DNA of 64,000 bases from the human T2T-CHM13v2.0 reference genome, Homo sapiens (GCF_009914755.1 NC_060936.1); one strand, 5' to 3'. Counted from the first letter of the stretch, positions 14,380 through 29,565 are shown. Translations and numbers: made by a program. Notes: generated by a model from the sequence alone, not told the origin.

Positions 14380-14560
14380 ATAAAAAGCAATTAATAGCAA
14401 TAGCCAAAATGCCATTGACCCAATAAATAGTCATGAAAGCATAGAGAACTGAACCTCCTAAGCCATGGGAAATTAGATGGATGTGTTTATGCAGAATGCC
14501 CCGGCCTCTCATTAGCAAGCTATAAAAAGGCCTTCACTTGTATTTGTGTTGCTCTTCTAT
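14380..14560. promoter_or_regulatory. Candidate enhancer (homeodomain/FOX/MEF2-like motifs)
   Basis: Unique sequence with caattaat, ccaataaa, tgtttat, ctcattag, gctataaaaagg. Confidence 0.3.
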
Positions 14561-15409
14561 ATGGCTGTCATGTTCTTGGCCCAGCCAGTAACTAGAAAAT
14601 TAGTTTATATTACTCCAGCGAATCGGTTGCTTACTTTTGGTCTCAGCCACACAAAATATTTAAATAATTTCAGACAGATCACAGTTTAACACTGGAACCA
14701 GAAATCTATTTACAGTCATAAAGTCCAGGCAATGACTGACATTTGCAATGTTACTTTTATGGATAAATTTCAAAAATATCAACCACAAAATTTAGTTAAA
14801 AAGATCTGATTTCTCTTCACTTAATCTGTATTAAGGGCTTCACAAACAGTTTTAAAAACAAATAAGAAACATGTCATCTGAATGAGAAGTTTTGTGTTTA
14901 CTACATCAGATAAATTATTCAAATAGACTGGAGTCATTTTTCTTAAATTAATCTCACAATCAGGCAACTACAGACACAAGTGTATATTCATGCTCAAAAT
15001 AGATGCTTGTTCATCTTGCAGTCTACAATCAACACACAGGTGAACACAGTGTGTTTTGGAAGCAATTACAGAACATAGACTGTAGATACAAAAAAATGAG
15101 AGGATATTCCACCCAAGGATGATAGAGCGGATAAATACACATCAACCAACAAGAATAGATGCTTTGCTTATGGCAGAGATTTTTAACTGAGGTCTGTTTC
15201 CCTATAACACAATCAACTGGTTCCAATTTTCAAATTTTTAATGATCTTGAAAGAGTTATGCCCCCAAATGCTGGTTAAGACAAATCAAATTAAACAACTA
15301 AAGGAGGGTTCATTATACAGGCAAGAAGAGAATAACCAGACAGGAAGTAAAGACCAGGTAGATAAGTAGGTAGAACACAGATCACTGGCACCAGAAGATG
15401 AATAGTTAA

Positions 15410-15528
15410 AAGCTATCAGAAACACATGGGCAAGCTTTTAAAAAACACGTGCCTGGGCCACAGCCCTGGAAATTCTGATAGTGCCTACATTTTTCAAAAT
15501 CCACAGGTGATTATGATGATTAGCCAGA
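15410..15528. mobile_element. MER5-like hAT-Charlie fragment
   Basis: atcagaaacacatgggcaagc..gcctgggccacagccctggaaattctgat..atttttcaaaatccacaggtgattatgatg. Confidence 0.6.
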
Positions 15529-16491
15529 AAATCAAGAAGTCAAAGGCACAAGATAGGAGATCTGAAGAGAGGGAACGCATGCCAGATACCAGCATGATTT
15601 TGAGGTATCTGGCCTCAACAAGAATTTCTTACACACATGAATCTAGATCACGAGCTGGCCCCCAGGATATGAGTACCCACAGTGAATAGCAGGAAAGTAT
15701 TCTTGGCTGAAAGGGGGAATGGAGGAAGAGAAGCCAAGGGAATCTTTTGAACGCATTCCACTTATTTTCACAGTCACACAAATCTCAGGCAGTTAATAAT
15801 GACTTGCTTCACATATGAGTATCTTTCCACCCTCCCCCAAAAGGAAAAGTAAATTCTGCGGGACCAGGGAATGTGACTTTTACTTTATTGCACTAGGCTG
15901 GGTATACAGAAGACAAACAATAAATTACTATAACTACTTTGTCACAAGAAAATCTCCAGACCATTCCACCTCCCTTTCTCCTTTAGACCCCTCTCCCTTG
16001 AAGTCACATGAACCAGAAAAATTTTCTTTCAATTTTCACTTGTAAATATTCTAATTTATTTTAAATTCAACTGTTAAATGCATATGGTTTTTAATTTTCT
16101 AAATTAACACAATGCAGTGTGGTAATGTGTTCATCTCCAGTTTAATCTAGTCACACTTCTGTCACTACAATACCCAATGTTCCATGACTATGTGAAATTT
16201 CTATGTCCATTTATATGGCATTAACATGGGAATTAATGATCAAGAACTGTCCATAAACATTTAGTTTGATCAAACTGCATCAATGTATTCCTAAAGGCAT
16301 ATATTTTTAAAGCTTCTATGACTTTTTCAAAATCTTAATGGGATGAATTCAATAAACATTTACTAAGCACCTAGCAGGAGCACTTCTGATTCTTATCATA
16401 AATTTTAGTGAATCAGATATATATTTAGGAGGTTGCTCAATAAAAATCATGGCAATCAATAACGACATTTTATTTTTTTTAAAGTTTTTGC

Positions 16492-16934
<443 letters not shown>

Positions 16935-17394
16935 TTAAATTCTTAAAGCCTTTGCAACAAAGTACACAAACATGTAGACCTTCCTCTATGCCAGAAGTTC
17001 AGAAGCCTGAATGAACTCGAGGTAAAGTGATACTCTGTTAAGATGTCTTACATTTGCCCAATTTAAAAGCTGTCCTAAAACACGGATACTTGATCTATCT
17101 ACTACTGGAATAGTAATCTACATAATTTAGAGGAAGTTGCTAAGACTGTCATAAGCTGTAAATCCTTTTTGAAATTAAGCACAGAATCCTATCTCCATCC
17201 CTTCCATTGTCACCAGAACAGAAGTTTAACAACTGCCTCTTATTTTATTTCCAGAGATCAAAGTTTAATAAAACTAAAAAATACTTAAGACTCAAATATA
17301 ACACCTTTGACTTAATGAAGACAATGTAGATATATGCTCCTTTTTCCCTCTGTATCTTGGCAGACTATGTACCTCCAGCATAGTTTAAAAGGAA

Positions 17395-17600
17395 TGGTGG
17401 AGAGTGCAATACAACGGAAAGAGGTGCATATTCACAGGAAGTCATAAGAGCCAGATTCTAGTCTTAACTTTGCTGCCCACTAAACAGAATCACCTTGGGC
17501 AAGTCAGTCAATTGCTCTAGCATCCAATGTCTTCAACCGTAAAATAAAGGACTACATAGTAGATTATCATTCAGGTTTCTTCCAAATCCAAGAGTGCAGA
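17395..17600 (+). mobile_element. MIR
   Basis: ttctagtcttaactttgctgcc..accttgggcaagtca..tcttcaaccgtaaaataaagg. Confidence 0.65.
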
Positions 17601-17730
17601 ATACAGGGTTATCTCTAAAGTCAAGGAGAACCTGTCAACCAGGGACTATAATCCATCCAGTCTTTTGTGTTAACTTGATAGAAAAAAACATTAGGTAGGC
17701 TTAATCAAGTTAATAAGAGCAATGGTACTA

Positions 17731-18145
17731 CAGACAGTCCTCAACTTACGATGGTTGCACTTACGATTTCCAATTTATGATGGTGCAAAGGCAATACTTA
17801 TTCAGTAGAAACCATACTTCAAATTTTAAATTTTGATCTTTTCTCATGCTACTGATATGTGGTACCATACTCTCTCATGGTGCTGGGCAGTAGCAGTGAG
17901 CCGCAGCTCCCAGTCAGCCACGTAACCATGCAGCTAAACAACTGAGGCTACAGTGCCCTGTGTTACCAGACGATTTTGCCCAACTGTAAGACTAATGTAA
18001 GTGTTCTGAGCAGGATTAAGGTAGGCAAGGCTAAGCTGTGGTGTTCAGTAGGTTAGGTGTATTAAATGTGTTTTCAACTTACAATATTTTGCATTTATGA
18101 TGGGCTTATGGGGAAATAACCCCATTGTAAGTCGAGGAGCAACTG
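17731..18145 (-). mobile_element. MER47B-like non-autonomous Tigger (TcMar) DNA transposon
   Basis: TIRs cagacagtcctcaacttacgatgg / ccattgtaagtcgaggagcaactg, TA on the left flank, 415 bp, internal aaggtaggcaaggctaagct..ggttaggtgtattaaatg. Confidence 0.88.
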
Positions 18146-18619
18146 GTGTCTTTCTTAGGTACTTGGGAATCCAACGTAGTTCCTTCTAACAAATGAAACC
18201 TTCATATTTAACTCAACACAGAGGTAAGAATTGTTGGCTTCCCAAATGAAACTTCTTGTTTGTAAACTGGCATGCTTTTCTTCTAATTAAAGGAGAAGTA
18301 CACTAGGGAATAATTAAAGGGCTCTCCAAGGTACACTATTCTTTACCTCTTCAACAATCAGAGGGTCAAATTCAGATCATTAGGCTTCTTTACATAATTT
18401 GTTAATATCGGGGAACATCGCAAGAATACTTGAAGAAGAAATGCTAGAGCCACTCCCCATTCTGACTTTAATTATAGTCTTCAGGATTACCACTGAGTTT
18501 GATCTGTTTAAAAAATGAAGTAAAATATCCCACTCATATGCATAGTATTTCCCCTGAAGCAAGTTCCTCTTATACTCTCACAGTGTCACAATAAGTTTGT
18601 CAAATTATTAAACTATACA

Positions 18620-19310
18620 ATTTTAAGGATAGGAAACCTTAGAGATTTTCGAACACAATGCTTTTCCTAATATAAATGGCCAATCTCATTCTGTATAAAA
18701 AGACTTTTGCTATTTTACAAGGTAATCCTTTCCACTGCTAGACAGCTCTAATTTTGGGATGTTTTCCATTGCATAGTGGTAAAATAATCTTCATTAATAT
18801 CTGAGAGTTTTTGAGAGCAGCACAAAGCCAGTCTACTATCTCTTCTACAGGACAGTCCTTCAAATAGTTGAAGAGAATTATGGTGTCCCTCCTCAGGCCT
18901 CTGAATCGACTCAAATTTAACAACAGGGCCTTTCAACAATTAGCCAATTGCTTCTTTCAATAGCATCATCAAATCACTGGCTTGTTACATCTAAACTTCA
19001 CCTTTTCTTCTTTTCCAGGGAACGATTCTCAAGAAAGTTTCTATTTTAGTCTTACATACCACTTTTACATTTTGTGAATGCAGAATCCTGACAATTTTAT
19101 TGAATATCTAAATTAACCCTCCAAGACACGTATCATCTAAAGATTTGTATGCATGCTTTTACTGAAGTTGCAGACCAATACTCAAAAACAGGGTAAAAAT
19201 CAGAGTCCACATTCCATTAACACCGACCCACTAATCAATTATCTATGAGTTCAGTTGTTCCACCTGCCAAAAATTTACCCATATATGTTATCATTTACCC
19301 AACATTTTTC
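18620..19310 (-). mobile_element. L3/CR1 LINE 3' fragment
   Basis: Track peptide 18738-18923 LNLSRFRGLRRDTIILFNYLKDCPVEEIVDWLCAA resembles the CR1/L3 ORF2 C-terminus (FSLEKRRLRGD..VFKYLKGCHVEEGLDLFC); boundaries approximate. Confidence 0.7.
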
Positions 19311-19345
19311 TCATTGATGGCATAAGGAAAGACTATGTCAAATAT

Positions 19346-19872
19346 TTACCCAGCAATCCCACTACTGGGTATATACCCAAAGCAGTATAAATTGTTCTAT
19401 TATAAAGACACGTGCATGTATAAGTTCATTGCAGCACTATTCACAATAACAAAGACATGGAATCAACCTAAATGCCCACCAGTGGTAGACTGGATAAAGA
19501 AAATGTGGTACATATACACCTTGGAATACTATGCAGCCATAAAAAGGATGAGCTCATATCCTTTACAAGGACATGGATGGAACTGGGGGCCATTATCCTT
19601 AGCAAACTAACATAAGAACAGAAAATCAAATATCGCGTGTTCTCACTCATAAGTGGAAGCTAAATGATGAGAACACGTGGTGGGGAACAACACACACTGG
19701 GGCCCATCAAGGGGTGGGGAATGGGAGGAGGGAGAGGATCAGGAAAAATAACTAATGGGTACTAGGCTTAATACCTGGGTGATGAAATAATCTGTACAAC
19801 AAACTCCCATGACACAAGTTTACCTACGTAACAAGCCTGCACATGTACCCTAAACTTAAAAGTAAGAAAAAA
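19346..19872 (+). mobile_element. L1PA (PA13-like) 3' end
   Basis: ORF2 C-terminus (YPAIPLLGIYPK..TWNQPKCP..DWIKKMW), 3'UTR gaggatcaggaaaaataactaatgg; TSD aaagactat(g/t)tcaaatattta (19328-19348 / 19870-19890). Confidence 0.95.
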
Positions 19873-19960
19873 GACTATTTCAAATATTTAAAGATATGAA
19901 GATAATGCATAGCTGTGTCATGTTATTTTAGTAATATAGGAATTGACTCATTTGTATTCC

Positions 19961-20232
19961 AGAGGCAGTATAATGTAGAAGTTAAAAGTGTGGGTTCTGA
20001 TTTCAGACTGCCTGGGTTCAAATCTTGGACCTGGCATGTGTTGTTATTTGTGTGACCTGTGAAAAACTACTTACTTGTACTATTGAATCACAGTTTTCTC
20101 ATCAGTAAAACTGGGTTTGTTGGGTTACTATGAGAATTAAATGAATTCATACATGTAAAGTATTTAAAGTAGTGTCTTCCATACAGTGACACTAATTATA
20201 TTTAAGTTGTTATTCGTATTATTATTATTGTT
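19961..20232 (+). mobile_element. MIR, near full length
   Basis: cagactgcctgggttcaaatc..tgtgtgacc..cagttttctcatcagtaaaa..tatgagaattaaatga..attattatt tail. Confidence 0.85.
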
Positions 20233-20844
20233 AATCTAGTACAGTGCTTTGATACTTCATTCAAAATCATTGCCAGACGTAACAGAAGATGGCTGAATAA
20301 GGAATCAGGCAATTCTACCATAGCGTTTTCTCACAGACACTCTAGCAATTTTTAAAACTAAATGGGATTATCCCAGTATACTAGTCTAATAAGTCTACCA
20401 AAAACCAAGAAACCAAAAATTGTTCTTATCAAACTGTATGCTGTCTCTTCTTTTAAAAACACAGACTTTACTTACCAATTCACCTAGCACCACAAAATTA
20501 ATCAGTTTCCAGTTTCAAAGAGCAAACATTTCCCTCTACTTAAAAACCACATCAACACTTTGTCTATATACATTTCCCCGATTTTTCTCAGAATTAGAGA
20601 AAAATTGTGAGCAAGTTGCACAATTGCTCAATTACAACTGTTCAATTACAAGCGAGTTGTTTTGTAAGCTGAAATATACATTTGTCTGTGACTGGAAGCT
20701 TAAACTCACTTTAAGAGGTTAAATGTGCTCTTATTCTATTCTTTATCCTTGCGTAGGCTTCCATTTCCACCTAAGTATGCTGAATCTTTACCTTATAATT
20801 TGGAACAAAATAGACATGGAGTAGTTTTTTCTTGGCTATGGCAA

Positions 20845-21163
<319 letters not shown>

Positions 21164-21408
21164 AACCATGTCAGTTTTTAATATTACAGCCCTGTGTTAT
21201 CACAGTAGATTTTTGAGGGCAACAACTTCATTATATTTTATTGCCCTCAACATAAACAAGTGTATCTGGCATATGAAAGTCTCCCAATAAATATTAGTGG
21301 TATGAATGAATAAACGAGTTAATGACCCTGATTGCCAGCTCTCCTGAAGTTCCTGCCTTTCTTACTAAGCCCTAACTATGTACTCCTTCCTCTGTCTTTG
21401 ATACTTAC

Positions 21409-21680
21409 CCCTTGAAATTCTGAGCTTATCAAAGAGCTCCTGATATAGTCACACTTTTATTTAACTCCTTTTCTTTCTCAGCAGGATTATTCTCAATTAT
21501 ATAGTCTGAGTTACAATTTTAGAGCATCTCATCCTTTGTGAGCTATATTTCTTCTTTATAATCTCTGTACATGGAATTATAAATCAGGCAGCATTCATGG
21601 TTAATTAGTATTTTCAGCATAATTTTTGTTTTTTCTTCCATTCTTTATGTTTCAGCTTCAAAACATTTAGGTTCCTAACA
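21409..21680 (-). other. Candidate 272-nt non-coding/cryptic exon
   Basis: Minus-strand acceptor ttatttttatcttttctag| and donor aaggg|gtaagtat flank an A/G-rich body; stops in all three frames. Confidence 0.3.
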
Positions 21681-22879
21681 CTAGAAAAGATAAAAATAAT
21701 AATATAAATGTATTCCTTTGTATCCTTAAAGCTTTATATTTCTGTTCCAATGCTTTAACTCCTTAATCTGTAGAATTAGTCTAAAAATCTTAATACTTAC
21801 TAAACAATAAACATGAGAATAAAAAATTATTCTGAAGAACTTAAACACTCAACCTAAAATATACATTAGTTTTCAAAAACAGGCATGTTATAACTGATCT
21901 TTTAAAATCACACTTAGCAATTTAAATTATAATAATGTCTCATTCACATAGTAAGTGTTCTGGAAACCTCAGCCAGCTGAAATGGTTGCAATATGCAATT
22001 CTATCCCCCTTTCCCTTGCTGCCTCTTGACCAAAGAGGAAACATTGTGAATAGTAAATTAACAAATTCTGAATAGCTTGTAAAAAGGAAATCTACAAGAA
22101 GATCTAAAATCATTCACAACTCAACACAACCAAGCAGCCCCTAATACAGGAGGGGCAACACTTGCTGGGTGTGGTGCTTACATCCACATCAAGAGGCACA
22201 GAGTCAAAAAGCACGGGAAACACAGTGAAAATGGCAGTTACAAGAAAGGGGTCATGGGGGCAGGAAAGGACGAAGAAAGCTGCAGAAGTGAGAAGCAGGG
22301 GAAGTTATATACAATCATTGTAAGCAGACAGTAGGAAAAAAAGAGAACCATATAGGCCTTGGCAGTCCTTGAGGATATCAAGAGATCACAGCTTGAGATG
22401 ATAATTAATGTCCTTAATGATTACCCTACATCACTAATGGATGTTTAACCCTGACCAAACATGTTATCTAATAAAAACTGAAACATAATTCTGTCAAAGA
22501 AAACATAATTAATTCCATGGTTTTTTTTTTTTTTTAACAATCCTCCCAGGTTTACAACTCAGCAACAGGTAGGTAAGCTTATATTCCTACACAAATCTCT
22601 CAGCAAAACATTAAAAGCTGTCCTTGTATCAGAATTCAAAAGTTATTAACAAAATCCTACAGTAAATGGACCTCTACAAAAATTTTGAAACCTTCTTTAT
22701 ACCAATTCCTACTATTTTCAAGTAGACAACTTCCATCCCATTGAAAATAGTGAGTAGAAAATGTAGTTTCAACGTACAATACAAAGTACAATTTAGTGTT
22801 TTGAATCTCTCACAAAATCAGTTTCTCACAACCTTCCATTTTGCTTTACATATGGTTTATTAATCAAAAATTTTATTAA

Positions 22880-23182
<303 letters not shown>

Positions 23183-24011
23183 AGAGACAAACCTCATTTT
23201 AAATTAGCTTGGAAAAGCTCTATTTCATCAACGCTCAAATTCTCCCATTGTTACTTAATCAGAAAATGTTGGAAAAAAGAAGTGATAAAGAACAAAAAGG
23301 TCATTTTTCTTTCCTTCAGAAAGTACAGAGAATCACTTATATCTCAGCCAAATATATTTAGAATATTGTCAGCTCAAATTGGCATGATTGACACTACTAG
23401 ATAACACCCAAAACAGACTCAGGGCAAAAGAAAGTTGTTATCATAAGCACTTTTGTGATCCATTTATTCCCCTCTGTAAAATAGGTAAGAGAATGCGCCA
23501 AGATATCACACATAGTCATTTACATACAGTATCATTTTATGGAATTTTCCAAGGTGTTAATTAAAAGTTTTAATGAATGTTAATCATCTGTCAATTTCAT
23601 TGGCAATCTCTGTTCAACCATATGCTTCACTTTTACACCTGTAGGCTTTAAAAATCATTAAATTGTTTTACTTCCTTAATATGATATTTGTATTAATATT
23701 TAGGAAACAAAACTTCTGCAGCCTATACAGAAATTTTCTATAATTCTTTCGTGTGTTTTCTAACTTCCTTAAATAAGGTATGATTATGTAGGATTGCATG
23801 ATCATTATACTTCCAAGAGAAAATATAAAAACGTTTATTCTTTTTTAAAAAAAATCTTTATTTTGGGTACGTGCCTAGAAAATAATGCAGAGCTGAGAAA
23901 TTGAGAACGGTATGGCATCCTAAAACCCTAGAAATAAAATTCTCTCTCATTAAATCATTGTACAATTTTTGCTACGTGAATTTTTTTCTTTTTCAGTATG
24001 TTCTTATATTT

Positions 24012-24617
24012 AATCATTCATTCATTCACTCAAAAATATTTACTGAGCACTCTTCTAAGTTCTGGACATATAGGAATGAACAGAACAGACAAATATTTGT
24101 CTCCCCAGTGAACTTACTTTCTCTCCTTAAAGGAGGCAAGAAAATTAAGAAAATATATAGTAAATTCAAAATAGTAAGGGAGCAGAAAGAAGAGAAGGTA
24201 AAGAGGAGATGTGTATGTGTTGTTGGGAAGGGGTGGAAAGAAAGAATAGTGAAATTTTAGATAGAGTGACCAGGAAAGAACTCACTAAGTAAATAGATTT
24301 GAGAAAAAAAAACTAAAGATGAGTATACCATTCAAGATACCTGGAGAAAAAGTGTTCTATGCAGCAGAAACAGGATGTACTAAATTCCTGGGTTGGAAAA
24401 ATGCTAGGAGTATTTAACAATCATCAATTGTGGATGGAGCAGACTAAGCAAAAGAGAAGGTATTAGGATATAAGGTTCAACAGGCAGGGGAATAACAAAT
24501 CATTAAGGCCTTGTAGGCCACTGTATAATTTAGCTATTGATCCATGAGAGAAATGAAACCACTGGAGGCTTTAAACAGGAGTGAAATGATTCGTACACAT
24601 CTTAACAAGGTCACCTT
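24012..24617 (-). mobile_element. L2 3' part
   Basis: cattcattcattcactcaaaaatatttactgagcac (L2 tail, antisense) followed by purine-rich L2 body. Confidence 0.8.
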
Positions 24618-25860
24618 GGAAATGTAAATCCAGATTCACAAAACTCAGAGCCTCTCCAAAATGATCAATCCACAGAAAACTAGACTGAGGCACATTACAA
24701 TCAAATTGTCATAAGGCAAAGACAAAAAGAGAATTTTGAAACAAGAGAAAAGTGACTTGTCACATATAAGGGGCCTATATAAGACTATAAGCAGATTTCT
24801 CAGCAGAAACATTTCAGGCCAGGAGAGAGTGAAACAATATATTCAAGTACTAAAAGAAAAAAAAAAACCTGCCAATCAAGAACAATATACCAGGCAAAGG
24901 TATTCTTTAAAAATCAAGCAGAGATAAAAAGACTTTCCCAGACAAACAAACACTTTTGAAGTTTTTCACCAGTAAACCTCCCTGAAGAAATGCTTAAAGG
25001 AGTCCTTTGAATTGAAATGAAGACATACTTAACAGTAACATGAAGGCATAAATCTAACAGTTAAAGGTAAATATATAAACATATACAGATAAATGAAACA
25101 CTCTAAAGATGGTGCACAAATTATTTTTAATTATAATATAAAATTCGATAAAAATTTGTTAGAGGAGGAGAGAGTGAAAGTATGGTGGTTTTGCATGCAG
25201 TCGAAGCTAAGATGCTATCAACTTAAAATGGAAGGTTATAATGATAAGATATTTTAAGCAATCCTCAAGCTAACTACAAAGAAAAAAAATCTATAATAGA
25301 CACATAAAAGATAAACAGTAAAAAAAAAACAAAGCAAATATACACTACAGAAAAGCATTAAATAAAAAAGGAAGACAGCAAGAAAGGAAGAGAGGTACAA
25401 AACAACTGCAAGACAAGCAGAAAATAACTAACAAAATGCCAGTAGTAAGCCTTCACTTCTCAATAATTACCTTAAATGTAAATGAGTTAAATTCACCAAT
25501 GAAAAGGCACAGAGTGTCTGAATCGATAGAAAAAAAATCCAGTGATATACTCTTTACAAAAGACTCACTTTAGAATTAGAGATACACATCAGCTGAAAGT
25601 GAAAGGATGGGAAAAGGAATTTCGTGCAAATGGCAACCGAAAGAAAGCAGAGGTGGCTATACTTTATCAGACAAAAAAGATTTAAATCTATAGCTAGCTA
25701 TAGCTGTCTCTAGAGACAAAGAACATCATTATATAATGACAAAAAGGTCAATTCAACAGGAAGATATAACAATTATAAATATAAATACACCTAACATCAG
25801 AGTACCTAAATACATAAAGCAAATATTGACAGATCTGAAGGAAGAAATTGACAGTAATAA

Positions 25861-26247
<387 letters not shown>

Positions 26248-28803
26248 TGACTTGTAAAATACTATGAATCAAATGGACCTAACAGACATAGACGGAACTT
26301 TCTACCCAAAGGCAGAATATACATTCTTCTCGAGCAAATGTGGAACATTCTAGAGGACAGATCACATGTTAGGTCACAAAACAAGTTCTTGACAAATTTA
26401 AGAAAATCAAAGTCATTCAAAATTATCTTTTTAATCATAATGGAGTGAAATTAGAAATCAATAACAGCAAGAAAATGAGAAAATTCACAAACGCATGGAA
26501 AGTAAACAACACACTCTTGAACAACCATAGGGTCAAAGAGGAAATCAAAAAGAAATATAAGAAGTATCTTGAGACAAACGAAAATGAAAACACAACATAC
26601 CAAAACCTATGGGATGAAGCAAAAGAAGTAATAACAGAAAAGTCTGTGGCAACAAGTGCCTAAATTAAAAAAGAAGAAAGATCCCAAATAAACAATCTAA
26701 TTGATACCTCCAAGAAATGTAAAACCAAGCCCAAAGTTAGCAGGAGGAAAGAAAAAAGAGATCAGGTAGAAACGAATCAAATAAAGACCATAAAATAGAA
26801 AAAAAAATCAGCAAAAGAGCTGATTTTTTTGAAGATAAAATTGTAAAACCTTAGATACACCAAGAAAAAGAGAGAGAAGACCCAAAATCAGAAATAAAGG
26901 AAGAGACATTACAATGAATGCCTCAAAAATAAAAAAGATCATAAGAAACTATTATGAACAATTAAATGCCAACAAAGTGGATAATGTAGAAAAATAGATA
27001 AACTCCTAGAAATATGAGACTTATAAGAATGAATCACAGAGAAACAGAAAGTCTGAACAGATTTATATATCTAGTATAGAAGTTGAATCAATAATCAAAA
27101 ATCACCAAAGAAAAGCCTAGGATCTGACGGTTTCACTGGTGAATTTAAAGGACATTTAAAGAAAAATTAATGCCAAGCCTTTTTAAACATTTCCAAAAAA
27201 TTGAAAAGGAGGGAACCTTTGATATAATTTATTTCATAAGGCCAGCATTACCCTGACAAAGCCAAACAAAGATATCACAACACCACAAGAAAAGAAGCTT
27301 CAGGCCAATATCTTTGATGAATACAGATACAAAAATCCTGAGTAAAATACTAGCAAATCAAACTCAACAGCATATTAAAAGAAACATATTCTATGACCAA
27401 GTGGCATTTATCCCGGGGATGTAAGGATGATTCAACAGACACAAACAAATTAATGTGATACACACATTGCAGAATGAATAAAAATCACATGAGCATCTTA
27501 TAGATAAAGAAAAGCATTTGACAAAATTCAACACCCTTTCATGACAACAACTGTCAACAAACTAGGAAGAGAAGGAAAGTATCTCAACAGTAAAAGCCAT
27601 ATATAAGAATTCCACATCTACTCATATTCAACATTGAAAAACTGAAAGCTTTTCCACTAAGATCTGGAAAAAGACAAGGATCCTCATTCTCACCACTTTC
27701 ATTTAACATAGTACTAGAAGCCTTAGCCAGAGCAGTTAGGCAACGTAAGGAAAAAAAAAGATATCCAAATCAGAAAAAGAAGAAGTTAAATCATCCCTGT
27801 TTGCAAGTGACATAATCTTATGTGTAAAAAAACCCTAATGACTCCATTTAAAAACTGTTAGAACTAATAAATATAGTAAAGTGGCAGAATACAAAATCAA
27901 CATACAAAAATTGGTTGCATTTCTATACACCAACAATAAACTGAAAAAAATAGGAAAACAATATCACCAAAAAGACAACATACTTAGAAATAAAGTTAAA
28001 TAAGGAGGTAAAAGACTCGTACACTGAAAACTATAAAACATTGGTGAAAGAAATTAAAGAAATGAATAAGTGAAAGATGGCCCATGTTCATGGATTAGAA
28101 GAACTAATATTGTTAAAGTGTCCATACTACCCAAAATGATCTACAAATTAGATGCAATCCCTATCAAAACTCCAATGGCATATTTACAGGGTTAGAAAAA
28201 ACAATTATAAAATTCACATGAACCCACAAAAGAGCTCAAATGGCCAAATCAATTGTGAGAAAAAAAGAACAAAGCTGGAGGCATCACAGTTCTTAATTTC
28301 AAAATATATTAGAAAGCTATGGCAATGAGAACAGTATGCTACTGGCATAAAAATAGACATGTGGACCGATGGATCAGAAGAGAGACCCCAGTAGGAAATT
28401 TGCACATATACAGTGATCTGATCTGCAACAAGGGTGCCAAGAATAAACAGTGAGGAAGGAATAGTCTCTTCAGAAAAATCGTGCTGGGAAAACTGGATAT
28501 TCATAGGCAAAAGAATGAAATTATACACTTGTTTCATATCAGACACAAAAAAATCAACTCAAAATGGCATGCAAACTTAAATGTAAGACCTAAAACTACA
28601 AAACTCCTGGGAGAAAACATAAGGGAAAATCTTTGTGACATCGGTCTTGGCAATGATTTCATGGATATGACACCAAAAGCATAGACCACAAAAGGTAAAA
28701 TAGACAAGTGGGACTATATCAAATAGCTTCCGTGCAGCATAAGAAGACAATCAAAGAGTGAAAAGGCAACCTATTAAATGAGAAAACATATTTGCAAACT
28801 ATA

Positions 28804-29157
28804 TGCGATGGTTAATTTTAGGTGTCAACTTGATTGGATTGAGGAATATCTAGGAACTGGTAAAGTAATACTTAACGGTTTGCCTGTGAGGATGTTTCAA
28901 GAGGAGACTGGCATGTGAGTCAGTGGACAGAGTGGGGAAGAACCACTTTCAGTGTGAGTGGGCACCATCTAAACCAGATTCTCAGGCCTTTGGCCTCATA
29001 CTGAGAATTATAACAACAGTTTCTCTGGTTCTGACGTTTTAAGACTCGGACTAAGCCATGCTACCAGCACCTCAGGGTCTTCAGCTCAGAGATAGCCTGT
29101 CATGGGACTTCTCATCCTCCATACCCATGAGCCAATTTCCCTAATAAATCCCCTCCC

Positions 29158-29196
<39 letters not shown>

Positions 29197-29263
29197 CATC
29201 CATCCATCCATCCTTCTATCCATCCTACTGCTTCTGTCTCTCTGGAGAACCCTAGCTAATACA
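28804..29263 (+). mobile_element. MLT2 (ERVL) solo LTR inside L1 ORF2
   Basis: tgcgatggttaattttaggtgtcaacttga..aataaa..ttctgtctctctggagaaccctagctaataca (TG..CA); 5-bp TSD ctata/ctcta; L1 sequence resumes on both sides. Confidence 0.9.
29157..29224. repeat. (TATC)n(CATC)n compound tetranucleotide STR
   Basis: (tatc)9 followed by catc repeats within the MLT2 LTR. Confidence 0.95.
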
Positions 29264-29565
29264 CTCTATGTCTGTTAAGAGGTGAATATCTGAAATATAG
29301 AAGAAACGTTTTCAATTGAAAAAAAAATCCTGATTTTAAAATGTGCTAAAAATTTAAATATACAGGTATATGAAAAGATGCCTAATGCCACTAATCATCA
29401 GAGAAATGCAAATCAAAACCATAATGAGATCTCACCTCACACCTGTCAGGACGGCTAGCATCAAAAAACAAAGGACAAGTATTGGTGAGAATATTGAGAA
29501 ATTAGAACTTTTGTACACTGTTGATGGGAATGCAAAATGGTACACTCTCTATAAAAAATAGTACA

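Noticed and set aside
21213-21250. 10-bp inverted repeat ttgagggcaa / ttgccctcaa
   Set aside because: Short, 18-nt spacer, inside an L2 3' remnant; plausible by chance in 64 kb.
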